Source of the DNA: Synergistaceae bacterium
Lineage (GTDB): Bacteria; Synergistota; Synergistia; Synergistales; 79-D21
Assembly: GCA_012517195.1 (NCBI GenBank)
Contig: JAAYVK010000064.1
Span: forward strand, 1,460-65,459
DNA: 64,000 nt
Reading direction: 5' to 3'
Shown: piece after piece, positions 38,688-46,381 of the stretch
How positions within the stretch are numbered: position 1 is the first letter of the stretch
Layout of the letters: each line of letters starts with the position of its first letter
The notes under the pieces: generated by a model
What the model was told of the DNA's origin: nothing
What the model saw: the letters and a program-made list of their open reading frames with translations, nothing else
Database searches by the model: none
Program-made: the position numbers and the translations under genes

Positions 38688-40721
38688 TCAATTTTTCTCC
38701 TGCTGTCCGCAGGAATCGACGATCTTCACGAACTGGGTTTCGTGGCAAAAAGGAGCAAAGAGCCTTCCGTTTGCCTCGTAGAACTTGCTGAAAAACTCGA
38801 CGTACTGGAGGCGCAGGGAATGGACGAAAGCCCCCAGAACGTTGATCGCCAGGCTGAAGATGTTGCCGACGACGAAAAGGATCAGGGCAAGGATCCAGCC
38901 AACATAAGGGACTCCTTCGGAGATCATCTTGGCTAGCAGGTTAATGATCAGCCCGATGGCTGCGCCCGATAGCCCCAGAGCCAGAAGGCGGCTGTAACTG
39001 AGAGTATCCCCAAGGTAGGAAGTGATCCCGTAAAGGCTGAGTGCTCCCGAAAAAGCCTTTCCAAGGATCCCCTTCTTGGTCCTCCCCTGGGTCAAAAACA
39101 GGGTGACCGCTCCTGCGATGGACAGGCCTTTCGCGAGCATCCCCATCGAGGCGGGAACCCTCCCGATCATAACGAGGAAAAGGAGCCCCACGCCGTTGAG
39201 CAGAAGGATCCAGCCGCCACGGTCTGCAAAGGCCTCCATGTAGGATTTGCGCCGGAGGGCATCCCAGAAGGCGATGCAAAGCCCGAAAATCAGCTGGACA
39301 AAACCCAGGGTGAGACAAACTCCGAGGTAGGTCATCGGATCGTTCATCGGATCCCAGACGACCAAACGGTCTCTGAGCGGACGAAGGAAGTGGAGGAAGG
39401 CGAAGCTGTCGATCGTGTTGGCGAGCCATGAGCCCGTAAGGGCGCCCATGACGATCGTCGACAGGCCGCAAATGAACATGACGACGAGGAGCTTCCTGAG
39501 ATTGCCGCCAACGGGGAACTTGAGAAGCACCCACCCAAGCAGGACCGACAGGATGATCCCAAAACCCGCGTCGCCGAGACACATGCCGAAAAAGACGTAG
39601 AAGAAGGGAGCCATCATGAGCGTCGGGTCGACCCCGCCGTACGTCGGAACGCCGAACATGTTCGTGAGGGGTTCGCAGGGTGAAGCCCAGGCTGGGTTTT
39701 TAAGCAGGGAAGGAGCCACTTCCCCCTCTTCGGGAGCCTTGACCGTCTTTTCGGAAAGAGAGCTGAACGGTTCCAGCTCTTTTTCGATCTTCTCCAGGGA
39801 ATCTGCAGGGGCCCAGAAACGAATGAAATGGCTCTGTTCGGTCCTTTCGCTCGAATCGAGGGCCTCATAGCGCCCCTTCATCACACTCCAGTAATCCGAC
39901 ATCGCCTGCACTCGGCCCAGCCATTCCGCGGAAAGCGACCTCGCTTCTGCCTGCAGGTCGGTTTCCCTCTTCACCAGGAGTTCTTTCCGTTCTTCCAGCC
40001 GAGCGATTTCCTCCTCGACCGTTCCGGAAAGGTCCCGTGGAAGATCGATCCGGTTGAAAGAGACTTCCGCACAGATCGAGGCCACCTTCTCCTCGTTCTC
40101 ACGAAGGTAGACGAGGGCCGCTTTTGCGTCCTTGTCCTTCTCGGGGTTGCTGATTCGGACGAACAGTTCCCCTTCTTTCCCCACGTGAGCGGAAAAGGCC
40201 AGCTCAAGACGGTTGACCTGTTCTGCGGGTAAAGTGCCAAGGATCCCCTTGACTCTTTCCGTTCCGGTTGTGAAAAAGAACAGAGGCTGTGGAAGATCGC
40301 TGAAGGCTCGCAGTATTGCTTCCAGGCCAGAGATCTGGGAGAGTTCCGTTCGAATTTCTACAAACTGCCTTTCCAGGCTGCGAAGGTGAAGGATCAGTTT
40401 TTGAAAATCGGTTTCCCTGGACCAGGATTCGAGTTCGCTCATCGAGTGCCGGGGTTTTTCAGCCAGGGCCTTCGAAAGGAAACCGGCTTTTTCGCCCCGG
40501 TAGGTTTCAAGGAAACGCAAGGCGAACCGCGCATCGGCCAGCAGGTTGTCATAGCGTTTGAGCTCTTCTGATGCCGTTGCCCCCCCCGCCTCCGCAGAAG
40601 CGCTGTCGGGGCCTCCCCTGATGATCTCGCAACATCCGAGGCGCTGCAGGGACGCGATAACCCGGTCCGTCACGGATCGATGCAGGGCAAGCTCGACCTT
40701 TTTCATCTCAACTAAGGCCAT
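38688..40721 (-). CDS. ntpI: V-type ATPase subunit I (a-subunit homolog, stator/ion channel)
   Basis: 677 aa. A soluble N-terminal half starting MALVEMKKVEL, then a polytopic C-terminal half containing SYSRLLALGL (the conserved essential Arg region). Confidence 0.9.
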   Translation of the reverse strand: MALVEMKKVELALHRSVTDRVIASLQRLGCCEIIRGGPDSASAEAGGATASEELKRYDNLLADARFALRFLETYRGEKAGFLSKALAEKPRHSMSELESWSRETDFQKLILHLRSLERQFVEIRTELSQISGLEAILRAFSDLPQPLFFFTTGTERVKGILGTLPAEQVNRLELAFSAHVGKEGELFVRISNPEKDKDAKAALVYLRENEEKVASICAEVSFNRIDLPRDLSGTVEEEIARLEERKELLVKRETDLQAEARSLSAEWLGRVQAMSDYWSVMKGRYEALDSSERTEQSHFIRFWAPADSLEKIEKELEPFSSLSEKTVKAPEEGEVAPSLLKNPAWASPCEPLTNMFGVPTYGGVDPTLMMAPFFYVFFGMCLGDAGFGIILSVLLGWVLLKFPVGGNLRKLLVVMFICGLSTIVMGALTGSWLANTIDSFAFLHFLRPLRDRLVVWDPMNDPMTYLGVCLTLGFVQLIFGLCIAFWDALRRKSYMEAFADRGGWILLLNGVGLLFLVMIGRVPASMGMLAKGLSIAGAVTLFLTQGRTKKGILGKAFSGALSLYGITSYLGDTLSYSRLLALGLSGAAIGLIINLLAKMISEGVPYVGWILALILFVVGNIFSLAINVLGAFVHSLRLQYVEFFSKFYEANGRLFAPFCHETQFVKIVDSCGQQEKN

Positions 40722-41034
40722 ATTTCGCCGTCACCTCTTTCACCAGCCAGGTCGCCACTTCTTCCACCCGCGACTTGCGTGCCTGGACGAAGGCTTCCGT
40801 CTGCTTCTTCCCTTCGGCACGGATCGTTTCGGCGCGCTTCTCCGCTTGCGATTCCGCCTCGGCGATTTCCTGGCGGAACTTCTGATGCAGCTCCTGCTTT
40901 GCTTCCTTTGTTCTTCTTTCGCTTTCGGAACGCGCGTCGGAAACAAGACGAGAGGCTTCGGCTTTTGCCTGCTGTATGATTTTTTTTGCGCTTTCCTCTG
41001 CCTGCCTTATTTCTTCAGCTAAACTTGCCGCCAT
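40708..41034 (-). CDS. V-type ATPase subunit G/H-like coiled-coil stalk protein
   Basis: 109-aa Ala/Glu/Lys-rich helix (EEIRQAEESAKKIIQQAKAEA...). First gene of the operon, as in Thermus-type G-I-K-E-C-F-A-B-D operons. Start at ATG 41034 with SD GGGAGGTGA (ORF track starts at 41118, upstream of the promoter). Confidence 0.6.
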   Translation of the reverse strand: MAASLAEEIRQAEESAKKIIQQAKAEASRLVSDARSESERRTKEAKQELHQKFRQEIAEAESQAEKRAETIRAEGKKQTEAFVQARKSRVEEVATWLVKEVTAKYGLS

Positions 41035-41104
41035 TGCTTTCACCTCCCTTGCAAATCGTTTAAGAAAATGCATTCTACAATACACAGAAAAATCCACCCT
41101 GAGT

Positions 41105-41134
41105 ATTCTAATCGGCAACGGAATATTGTGTCAA
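41105..41134 (-). promoter_or_regulatory. sigma-70-type promoter candidate of the V-ATPase operon
   Basis: Minus strand TTGACA (41134-41129), 18-nt spacer, TAGAAT (41110-41105). About 65 nt upstream of the first V-ATPase gene. Confidence 0.55.
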
Positions 41135-41143
41135 TTGTCACAA
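41126..41143. promoter_or_regulatory. 18-bp near-perfect palindrome TTGTGTCAATTGTCACAA overlapping the -35 (candidate CRP/FNR-type or Rex-type operator)
   Basis: The outer pentamers TTGTG/CACAA are exact reverse complements. The core reads TGTGT-N6-TCACA, against the CRP consensus TGTGA-N6-TCACA. Confidence 0.4.
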
Positions 41144-41179
41144 TCGGCGGGAAAAAATGGAAATTTGTTCGGTCCAATC

Positions 41180-41206
41180 AAAAAAGGGAGGCTTTCTCCG
41201 CCTCCC
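41180..41206 (-). terminator. rho-independent terminator after tRNA-Gly
   Basis: Minus strand GGGAGGC-GGAGAAA-GCCTCCC followed by TTTTTT. Confidence 0.8.
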
Positions 41207-41218
41207 TCCGAACTCCTA

Positions 41219-41294
41219 TGGAGCGGACAACGGGATTCGAACCCGCGACCCTCGGCTTGGGAAGCCGATGCTCTACCAGCTGAGCTATGTCCGC
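41219..41294 (-). tRNA. tRNA-Gly (anticodon CCC), with encoded CCA
   Basis: Minus strand GCGGACATAGCTCAGCTGGTAGAGCATCGGCTTCCCAAGCCGAGGGTCGCGGGTTCGAATCCCGTTGTCCGCTCCA. It folds as a cloverleaf with a 7-bp acceptor stem, a GGTTCGAATCC T-arm, anticodon loop TTCCCAA and discriminator U. Confidence 0.95.
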
Positions 41295-41307
41295 ATCTGC
41301 GGGGGAT

Positions 41308-41336
41308 ATTATATCGATGAGGCCTTCCTTTGGCAA
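41308..41336 (-). promoter_or_regulatory. sigma-70-type promoter candidate for tRNA-Gly
   Basis: Minus strand TTGCCA (41336-41331), 17-nt spacer, TATAAT (41313-41308). The -10 ends 13 nt before the mature tRNA 5' end. Confidence 0.65.
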
Positions 41337-41459
41337 GGCGAATTTTCCGAAATCGCACGGGCCCCCCCGGATCGTCCTGCAGGTTTACTGAAAAGATTCT
41401 CTTGAAGCCCTTCAAAAAGGACAGGACCAAACTTTCCTCGTTTTCCGGGAAGGCCGGAC

Positions 41460-41488
41460 TTGTCATTACGTTTTAAATGGATTATTAT
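41460..41488 (+). promoter_or_regulatory. sigma-70-type promoter candidate for the plus-strand Fur-family operon
   Basis: TTGTCA (41460-41465), 17-nt spacer, TATTAT (41483-41488), within a local AT-rich island. The ORF-track start at 41477 lies inside this promoter, which supports the ATG at 41522. Confidence 0.6.
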
Positions 41489-41521
41489 GTAAAAACAATT
41501 ATTGGTTGGAGGGGTTGTCAA

Positions 41522-41938
41522 ATGTGGACACTTGACGAGGGCATCGCCAGGTTAAAGGAATCCGGGACAAAGATAACGGCGCAGCGGATCGCCATCTTGA
41601 AACGCCTGGAGGGTCGAAAGGATCATCCTTCCGCCGAGCAGATCTACCATGAACTCAAAAGAGATTTTCCGACCATTTCTTTTGCCACGATCTACAGCAC
41701 GGCTCAGCTTCTGGCAGAAAAAAACCTCGTTCAGATTCTAACGATCGACGACAAGCGGGTCAACTACGACCCAAATCCCGAGCCCCACGGCCATTTCCGC
41801 TGCACGGCCTGCGGGCATATAGAGGATGTCCCGATCACGGAATCGCTGCTTGAAATGCTGAAGATGGGACAGGATTCAACGATTTCAAGCGTCCAGCTGT
41901 ACATGTACGGGTTGTGCCCCAGCTGCAACGTCCGGTGA
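41522..41938 (+). CDS. Fur-family metalloregulator (Fur/Zur/PerR; subfamily not resolved)
   Basis: Winged-helix N-terminus (ITAQRIAILKRLEGRKDHPSAEQIYHEL) and HGHFRCTACGHIEDV plus LCPSCN (two CxxC pairs, structural Zn site). SD GGAGGGG lies 7 nt before the ATG at 41522. Confidence 0.85.
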   Translation: MWTLDEGIARLKESGTKITAQRIAILKRLEGRKDHPSAEQIYHELKRDFPTISFATIYSTAQLLAEKNLVQILTIDDKRVNYDPNPEPHGHFRCTACGHIEDVPITESLLEMLKMGQDSTISSVQLYMYGLCPSCNVR

Positions 41939-41954
41939 GTGCCCTTCAGCAGGG

Positions 41955-42260
41955 ATGATCCTCTTTTTTTTCGGGGCGGTAGCGCTCCTTGTCCTTGCGA
42001 TCGCGCTGGGCCTCCAGGCGGGCCGGCTAAAAAACCGGCGGGTGAGAAGGCTTTTCTGGCTTTCCCTCGCTTTCGGACTTTTTCTTTCTGCGATTTTCCT
42101 TGGATGGGCCGGAAGATGGTGGCTGGCCGCAGGTCCGCTTATTCCTCTTTTCCTGATCCTCCTCCTTCGGATCCGTTTTCCTTTCCTTTTTGACGGGGCT
42201 GCCTCTCCCAGGAAGCAGGCCGAGAAAGAGGGACAAGGTCAAAAACCGGAAAGGGTATAA
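41955..42260 (+). CDS. small hydrophobic protein, ~3 predicted TM helices, Lys/Glu/Gln-rich C-terminal tail. Unknown function.
   Basis: MILFFFGAVALLVLAIALGL...LFWLSLAFGLFLSAIFLGW...LAAGPLIPLFLILLL. Starts 16 nt after the Fur-family stop and ends 7 nt before the next ATG. Supported only by hydrophobicity and operon packing. Confidence 0.5.
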   Translation: MILFFFGAVALLVLAIALGLQAGRLKNRRVRRLFWLSLAFGLFLSAIFLGWAGRWWLAAGPLIPLFLILLLRIRFPFLFDGAASPRKQAEKEGQGQKPERV

Positions 42261-42267
42261 TCGAATC

Positions 42268-43380
42268 ATGAAAACGGAGGCTATCCATCCAGAAGAAGCG
42301 CTGTCCCCTCTTCAAAAGGTCCTGATCGGCCTTGTTCTCCTGTGCGGATTCGTTTTCAGCCCGGCGGCAGCCCAGGCTGCGACACCGCACTTGTTATATT
42401 CGATCCTCCTTCCTTTCCAGGTCGGCGGAACGGTGAAAGTCATCCTTCCGGACGGATCGGAACAACCAATTGGACGAGTCGAGATGCTCCCGGAGAAAAC
42501 TCGGTGGCCTGCCTACACGGCAACCCGTTGGGGAACCCCGGGAACCGTTGCTGCTTCTGCCGTCAATGCAATTCACCTTTTGATCGACATCGAAAAAGGA
42601 CGAGGCAGAACATTCAGCCTGCTCCCCTCCGAAACCATCGCCCCAGCGGCAGGACCTGGGAGCGCCCTTGTCATCACCGGGAAGGGGGGGTACGGACTTT
42701 TCGGAGGCTGGGCCCCGCCAGTGGGTTCGCCGGTGACCGTGATTTCGGCTTCCGGCGAAGAACGTCCGCTGAATGGGGGTCCCCTCCCTCAGGAGGGAGA
42801 AACCCTCCGGATCGAAGTGAACAGTTCCTGCGCCCCCTATATGATCGAAATTGAAAACCGGCCCGGCGGCAGGGTGTTTGCCTGGTCCAGGTCCGTGGAA
42901 CAAAGCGGTGTGATCGCCAGGGTCATCCGGCCCGTGCGGGGGGTCGGCCGTTTCGAGGGGACCCTTTTCCAATCGGTGGGACGGCTCAGGGCAAACCACC
43001 CCGGAGTGATCGACATCAGCACGTCGCCCGAGGGAGAGATCGGCGGTTTCCAGATCATCCCCTTCAATCATGCCCATTCCGCGGAGATGGAAGGGGCATG
43101 GCAAAGGACCCAATGGCTGATCATTGATTCTCCTGACGGAAAAACACCCCTTACCGGGCGTCCTCCGCTCTTCGGGGGAATCCTCGTCCCCGGCCCCCGC
43201 GAGACAGAACGGCTTTGGGATCTCTGGTCCACTTACGGCAGGAGACCTCTCGTCCTTTGCCGCATCGACGGCGGCCCCTGGACAAGGCTGCCGGAGTTGA
43301 TCGGCAAACAGGATCATGCCCTGGAGAATGTGACGCATCTCCGTCTCTATTTTCCTGTTGTGGAAGAGCCGAACCTCTGA
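42268..43380 (+). CDS. secreted protein of unknown function (370 aa, signal peptide with AQA-A cleavage motif)
   Basis: MKTEAIHPEEALSPLQKVLIGLVLLCGFVFSPAAAQA-ATP. Codon usage looks genuinely coding. Followed by a strong plus-strand terminator. I recognise no domain. Confidence 0.65.
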   Translation: MKTEAIHPEEALSPLQKVLIGLVLLCGFVFSPAAAQAATPHLLYSILLPFQVGGTVKVILPDGSEQPIGRVEMLPEKTRWPAYTATRWGTPGTVAASAVNAIHLLIDIEKGRGRTFSLLPSETIAPAAGPGSALVITGKGGYGLFGGWAPPVGSPVTVISASGEERPLNGGPLPQEGETLRIEVNSSCAPYMIEIENRPGGRVFAWSRSVEQSGVIARVIRPVRGVGRFEGTLFQSVGRLRANHPGVIDISTSPEGEIGGFQIIPFNHAHSAEMEGAWQRTQWLIIDSPDGKTPLTGRPPLFGGILVPGPRETERLWDLWSTYGRRPLVLCRIDGGPWTRLPELIGKQDHALENVTHLRLYFPVVEEPNL

Positions 43381-43402
43381 GGTGTTGACCCCGGAATAAG
43401 AA

Positions 43403-43442
43403 GGATGCACCGGACACGGAAACCGCCGGTGCATCCTTTTTT
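43403..43442 (+). terminator. rho-independent terminator of the plus-strand island (convergent with glmS, possibly bidirectional)
   Basis: GGATGCACCGG, 12-nt loop, CCGGTGCATCC, followed by TTTTTT. Lies between the convergent stops at 43380 and 43467. Confidence 0.8.
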
Positions 43443-43466
43443 CTCTTCCCCTCCCGTTTTCTCTTC

Positions 43467-45293
43467 CTACTCCACGGTCACGCTTTTCGCAAGGTTCCTC
43501 GGCTGGTCGATCTCACACTCTCTCAGCCTCGCCATGTGATAGGCAAACAGCTGCAGGGGGACAACCGTGAGGAATGGTGTCATCTCCTCGTCCGTCCAAG
43601 GGACGCGAAGGACATCGTTCGCGTGGCGGGAGATCAGTTCATCTCCATCCGTTGCAACCGCCAGAATCGGAGCCTTCCTGGCCTTGGCTTCCTGGATGTT
43701 GGAAAGGGTCTTCTCGTAAAGCCCGTCCCTAGGAATGATGACCATGACCGGGACGGCCGCCTCAAGAAGGGCGATTGGGCCATGCTTCATCTCTCCGGCC
43801 GCGTAAGCTTCCGCGTGAACGTAAGAAATTTCCTTGAGCTTTAACGCGCCTTCCAGGGCGACGGGGAAGGACATCCCTCTCCCCAAAAAGAGAAAATCCT
43901 TCCGGTCTGCATATTTCTCCGCAAGTGCGCGGACGGAGTCTTCCCTTTCGAGAGTGACCTCAACCTTGTAGGGCAACCTCAGCATTTCTTCCAGAAGGCG
44001 GTTCCCCTCCGCGGCTGAGAGAGTTTCTCTCATGCGCCCCAGGTAAAGGGCAAAAAGGTACAGGGCGGCAATCTGTCCCATGAACGTCTTGGTGGCCGCT
44101 ACCCCGATCTCGGGTCCCGCCTTTAGAAGCAGGACATCGTGGACTTCACGGGCCAGTGTCGATCCGCGGACATTGGTCACCGCAAGGCAGTGAGCTCCCT
44201 GGGAACGGGCCAGGCGGCAGGCTGCGAGGGTATCTGCCGTTTCCCCCGACTGCGAAACGAAAACGGCAAGCGTTTCCGTATCTGCCCTCAGGTGGCGGTA
44301 CCGGTACTCCGAAGCGATGTCGACTTTCACTTCGAGATCCGTCCATTTTTCGAGGACTCTTTCGGCAACCAGGGCTGCATAATAGGAGGTCCCGCAGGCC
44401 ACGATGTGTAGCTTCCTCCAGGATTCGACCAGCTTTTTGTCCCAGGCAAGCTCGGGGGAAAGGTCGACTTTCCCGTTTTCCACCCTTCCCTTGAGAGTCG
44501 TCCGGAGAACCGCCCCCTGTTCATGGATTTCCTTGAGCATATAGTGGGGATAGGCCGCCTTCTCCGTCATGGAGACTTCCCAGTCGATGGTGGAAATGCT
44601 CTTCTCCACCCGTTGTCCGTCGCTTGCCCATACCTGAATGCCGTCCCTCGAAACGGCCGCGATTTCCCCTTCTTCCAGGTACACCACCTGGCGGGTATAG
44701 GGCAGGAGGGCAGGGACATCCGACGCGCAGAACCCTTCGCCGTCCCCGATCCCCAGGATGAGCGGGGAGCCTTTCCTGAGGCAGTAAAAGGTCCCGTCGA
44801 TCTCCCGGTTCATGATCGCAAGAGCATAGGATCCCCGCAGTTTTTCGGTAAGTTTTACCAGGGCATCCAGCATGTCTTTCTGGTAGAGGCGCGCCAAAAG
44901 CTGCACGATGACCTCGGTATCCGTTTCCGAAGTGAAGGTGACTCCAGCTGCTTCAAGTTCTTCCCGCAAATCCAGGTAATTTTCGATGATCCCGTTGTGA
45001 ACAAGGACGAAATTCCCGCAATCATCACAATGAGGGTGGGCATTGTCCACGGAAACGCCCCCATGGGTGGCCCACCGCGTGTGGCCGATCCCCTGGCAGC
45101 CTTCAAGCTGCCTTTCCTCAACAAGCCGCGCCAAATCGGCCACCTTGCCAACCTCTTTGATAACTTCAAGACGCCCGTCGCTCTTCACGGCCAGACCGGC
45201 GGAGTCGTATCCCCGGTACTCCAGCCTCTTCAGTCCTTCCAGAAGAACGTCCGGGGCGTTTCGCATGCCCACATAGCCAACAATTCCGCACAT
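43467..45293 (-). CDS. glmS: glutamine--fructose-6-phosphate aminotransferase
   Basis: MCGIVGY N-terminal nucleophile, two SIS domains, C-terminal NLAKSVTVE. Confidence 0.97.
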   Translation of the reverse strand: MCGIVGYVGMRNAPDVLLEGLKRLEYRGYDSAGLAVKSDGRLEVIKEVGKVADLARLVEERQLEGCQGIGHTRWATHGGVSVDNAHPHCDDCGNFVLVHNGIIENYLDLREELEAAGVTFTSETDTEVIVQLLARLYQKDMLDALVKLTEKLRGSYALAIMNREIDGTFYCLRKGSPLILGIGDGEGFCASDVPALLPYTRQVVYLEEGEIAAVSRDGIQVWASDGQRVEKSISTIDWEVSMTEKAAYPHYMLKEIHEQGAVLRTTLKGRVENGKVDLSPELAWDKKLVESWRKLHIVACGTSYYAALVAERVLEKWTDLEVKVDIASEYRYRHLRADTETLAVFVSQSGETADTLAACRLARSQGAHCLAVTNVRGSTLAREVHDVLLLKAGPEIGVAATKTFMGQIAALYLFALYLGRMRETLSAAEGNRLLEEMLRLPYKVEVTLEREDSVRALAEKYADRKDFLFLGRGMSFPVALEGALKLKEISYVHAEAYAAGEMKHGPIALLEAAVPVMVIIPRDGLYEKTLSNIQEAKARKAPILAVATDGDELISRHANDVLRVPWTDEEMTPFLTVVPLQLFAYHMARLRECEIDQPRNLAKSVTVE

Positions 45294-45317
45294 ATTCCTT
45301 TTCTCTCCTTTGGCAAC

Positions 45318-45468
45318 TCAGGGGGAGACCCGGCCTTTGTCCCGCAAATCACTTCGCGGTTTTGTAGCCGGGCTTTAACGGGCCTCTCTCACCATGGCCC
45401 CGGGGTATCCGCCGAATTTTCGATTCGCCCCGACCTCGTCAACTGGCTTCGCCAGTTCAGGCGCTTCC
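45318..45468 (-). ncRNA. glmS ribozyme (GlcN6P-activated self-cleaving leader)
   Basis: Minus strand A-GCGCCTGAACTGGCGAAGCCAGTTGACGAGGTCGGGGCGAATCGAAAATTCGGCGGATACCCCGGGGCC matches the conserved core as I recall it (AGCGCC cleavage site, GUUGACGAGG, UUCGGCGGAU). Located in the 5' UTR of glmS. The 3' boundary is approximate. Confidence 0.88.
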
Positions 45469-45495
45469 ACCGGAACGCAAACGGCTCAGAATCTT

Positions 45496-46377
45496 TCAGT
45501 CATTGCATTCCTCCTTCCTGACGATGTCCAGGATGGTTTCCCGGAGTTCAGGGTCATGCAGCGCCAGGGTTACCGTCGCCTTCAGCCACCCTAGCTTCGT
45601 CCCGCAATCCAGCCTCGTTCCGCGATACAGGAGGCCGTAGACCGGTTCTTCCGCCAGAAGGGCCCGCAAGGCGTCTGTCAGCTGGATCTCCCCTCCGGCT
45701 CCTGCCCGGACCGACCGTAGGTGCCCGAAAATCGCAGGGCTGAGAAGATATCGGCCAATGATGGCATACCGGCTTGGTGCCTGCCCGGGGGAGGGCTTCT
45801 CCACCAGGTTCGTGATCCGGAAAACCCCTTCCCCGCAGGGGTTTCCCTCGATGATCCCGTATCGGGAGGTTTCTTCCCAGGAGACTTCCTCGAGGGCCAG
45901 GACCGACCCCCCGAGGGATTCATGAACCTCGGCAAGCTGCCCGAGGACCGGTTGATCCGAAAGGATGACATCATCGGGAAGAATGAGCCCGAAATAAGAA
46001 TCGTTGAAGCAGGGTTCTCCGCAAAGCACGGCATGCCCCAGCCCAAGAGGCTCGGACTGCCTCACGTAGGCGAAGCGGGCCATCTCCGAAATCCTCGCCA
46101 GTTCGTCCCTGAGGCCGAGTTGCCCCCTTCTTTCCAGCAGGTTCTCAAGCTCAACCGAACGGTCAAAATAGTCCTCGATCGACCGCTTGCTCCTCCCCGT
46201 CACGAAAACGATATCCCGGCACCCCGAGGAAACCGCTTCCTCCACTCCATAGTGAATGATGGGGCGGTCGATCAGGGGAAGCATCTCTTTGGGAATATCT
46301 TTTGTTGCAGGCAAAAACCGCGTTCCCAGGCCGGCGACAGGGAAAAGGCATTTCTGAAGCGGGTGCCGGATTTCCAT
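45496..46377 (-). CDS. galU: UTP--glucose-1-phosphate uridylyltransferase
   Basis: KCLFPVAGLGTRFLPATKDIPKEMLP N-terminal motif. Start at ATG 46377 with SD GGAGAGGAGGGG. Confidence 0.9.
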   Translation of the reverse strand: MEIRHPLQKCLFPVAGLGTRFLPATKDIPKEMLPLIDRPIIHYGVEEAVSSGCRDIVFVTGRSKRSIEDYFDRSVELENLLERRGQLGLRDELARISEMARFAYVRQSEPLGLGHAVLCGEPCFNDSYFGLILPDDVILSDQPVLGQLAEVHESLGGSVLALEEVSWEETSRYGIIEGNPCGEGVFRITNLVEKPSPGQAPSRYAIIGRYLLSPAIFGHLRSVRAGAGGEIQLTDALRALLAEEPVYGLLYRGTRLDCGTKLGWLKATVTLALHDPELRETILDIVRKEECND

Positions 46378-46381
46378 CGGA

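Noticed and set aside
41402-41415. 14-bp palindrome TTGAAGCCCTTCAA in the divergent region between the tRNA-Gly and Fur-family promoters, and the AT-rich stretch at 41475-41505 as a possible Fur/PerR/Zur box
   Set aside because: The palindrome is short, with a 2-nt centre, and could arise by chance. I could not fit the AT-rich stretch to a 7-1-7 Fur-family dyad.
41131-41466. 111-aa minus-strand ORF spanning tRNA-Gly. A similar 60-aa ORF at 31228..31410 overlaps the 3' end of rnpB and its terminator.
   Set aside because: Both run straight through structured RNA genes, promoters and terminators, so they are spurious.
42394-43434. 346-aa minus-strand ORF antisense to the secreted protein of unknown function
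   Set aside because: The composition is junk-like (R, P, G, H-rich) and there is no SD. The plus-strand frame has a signal peptide, operon packing with the upstream genes and a plus-oriented terminator. I therefore call the plus-strand gene, though neither frame has homology support.
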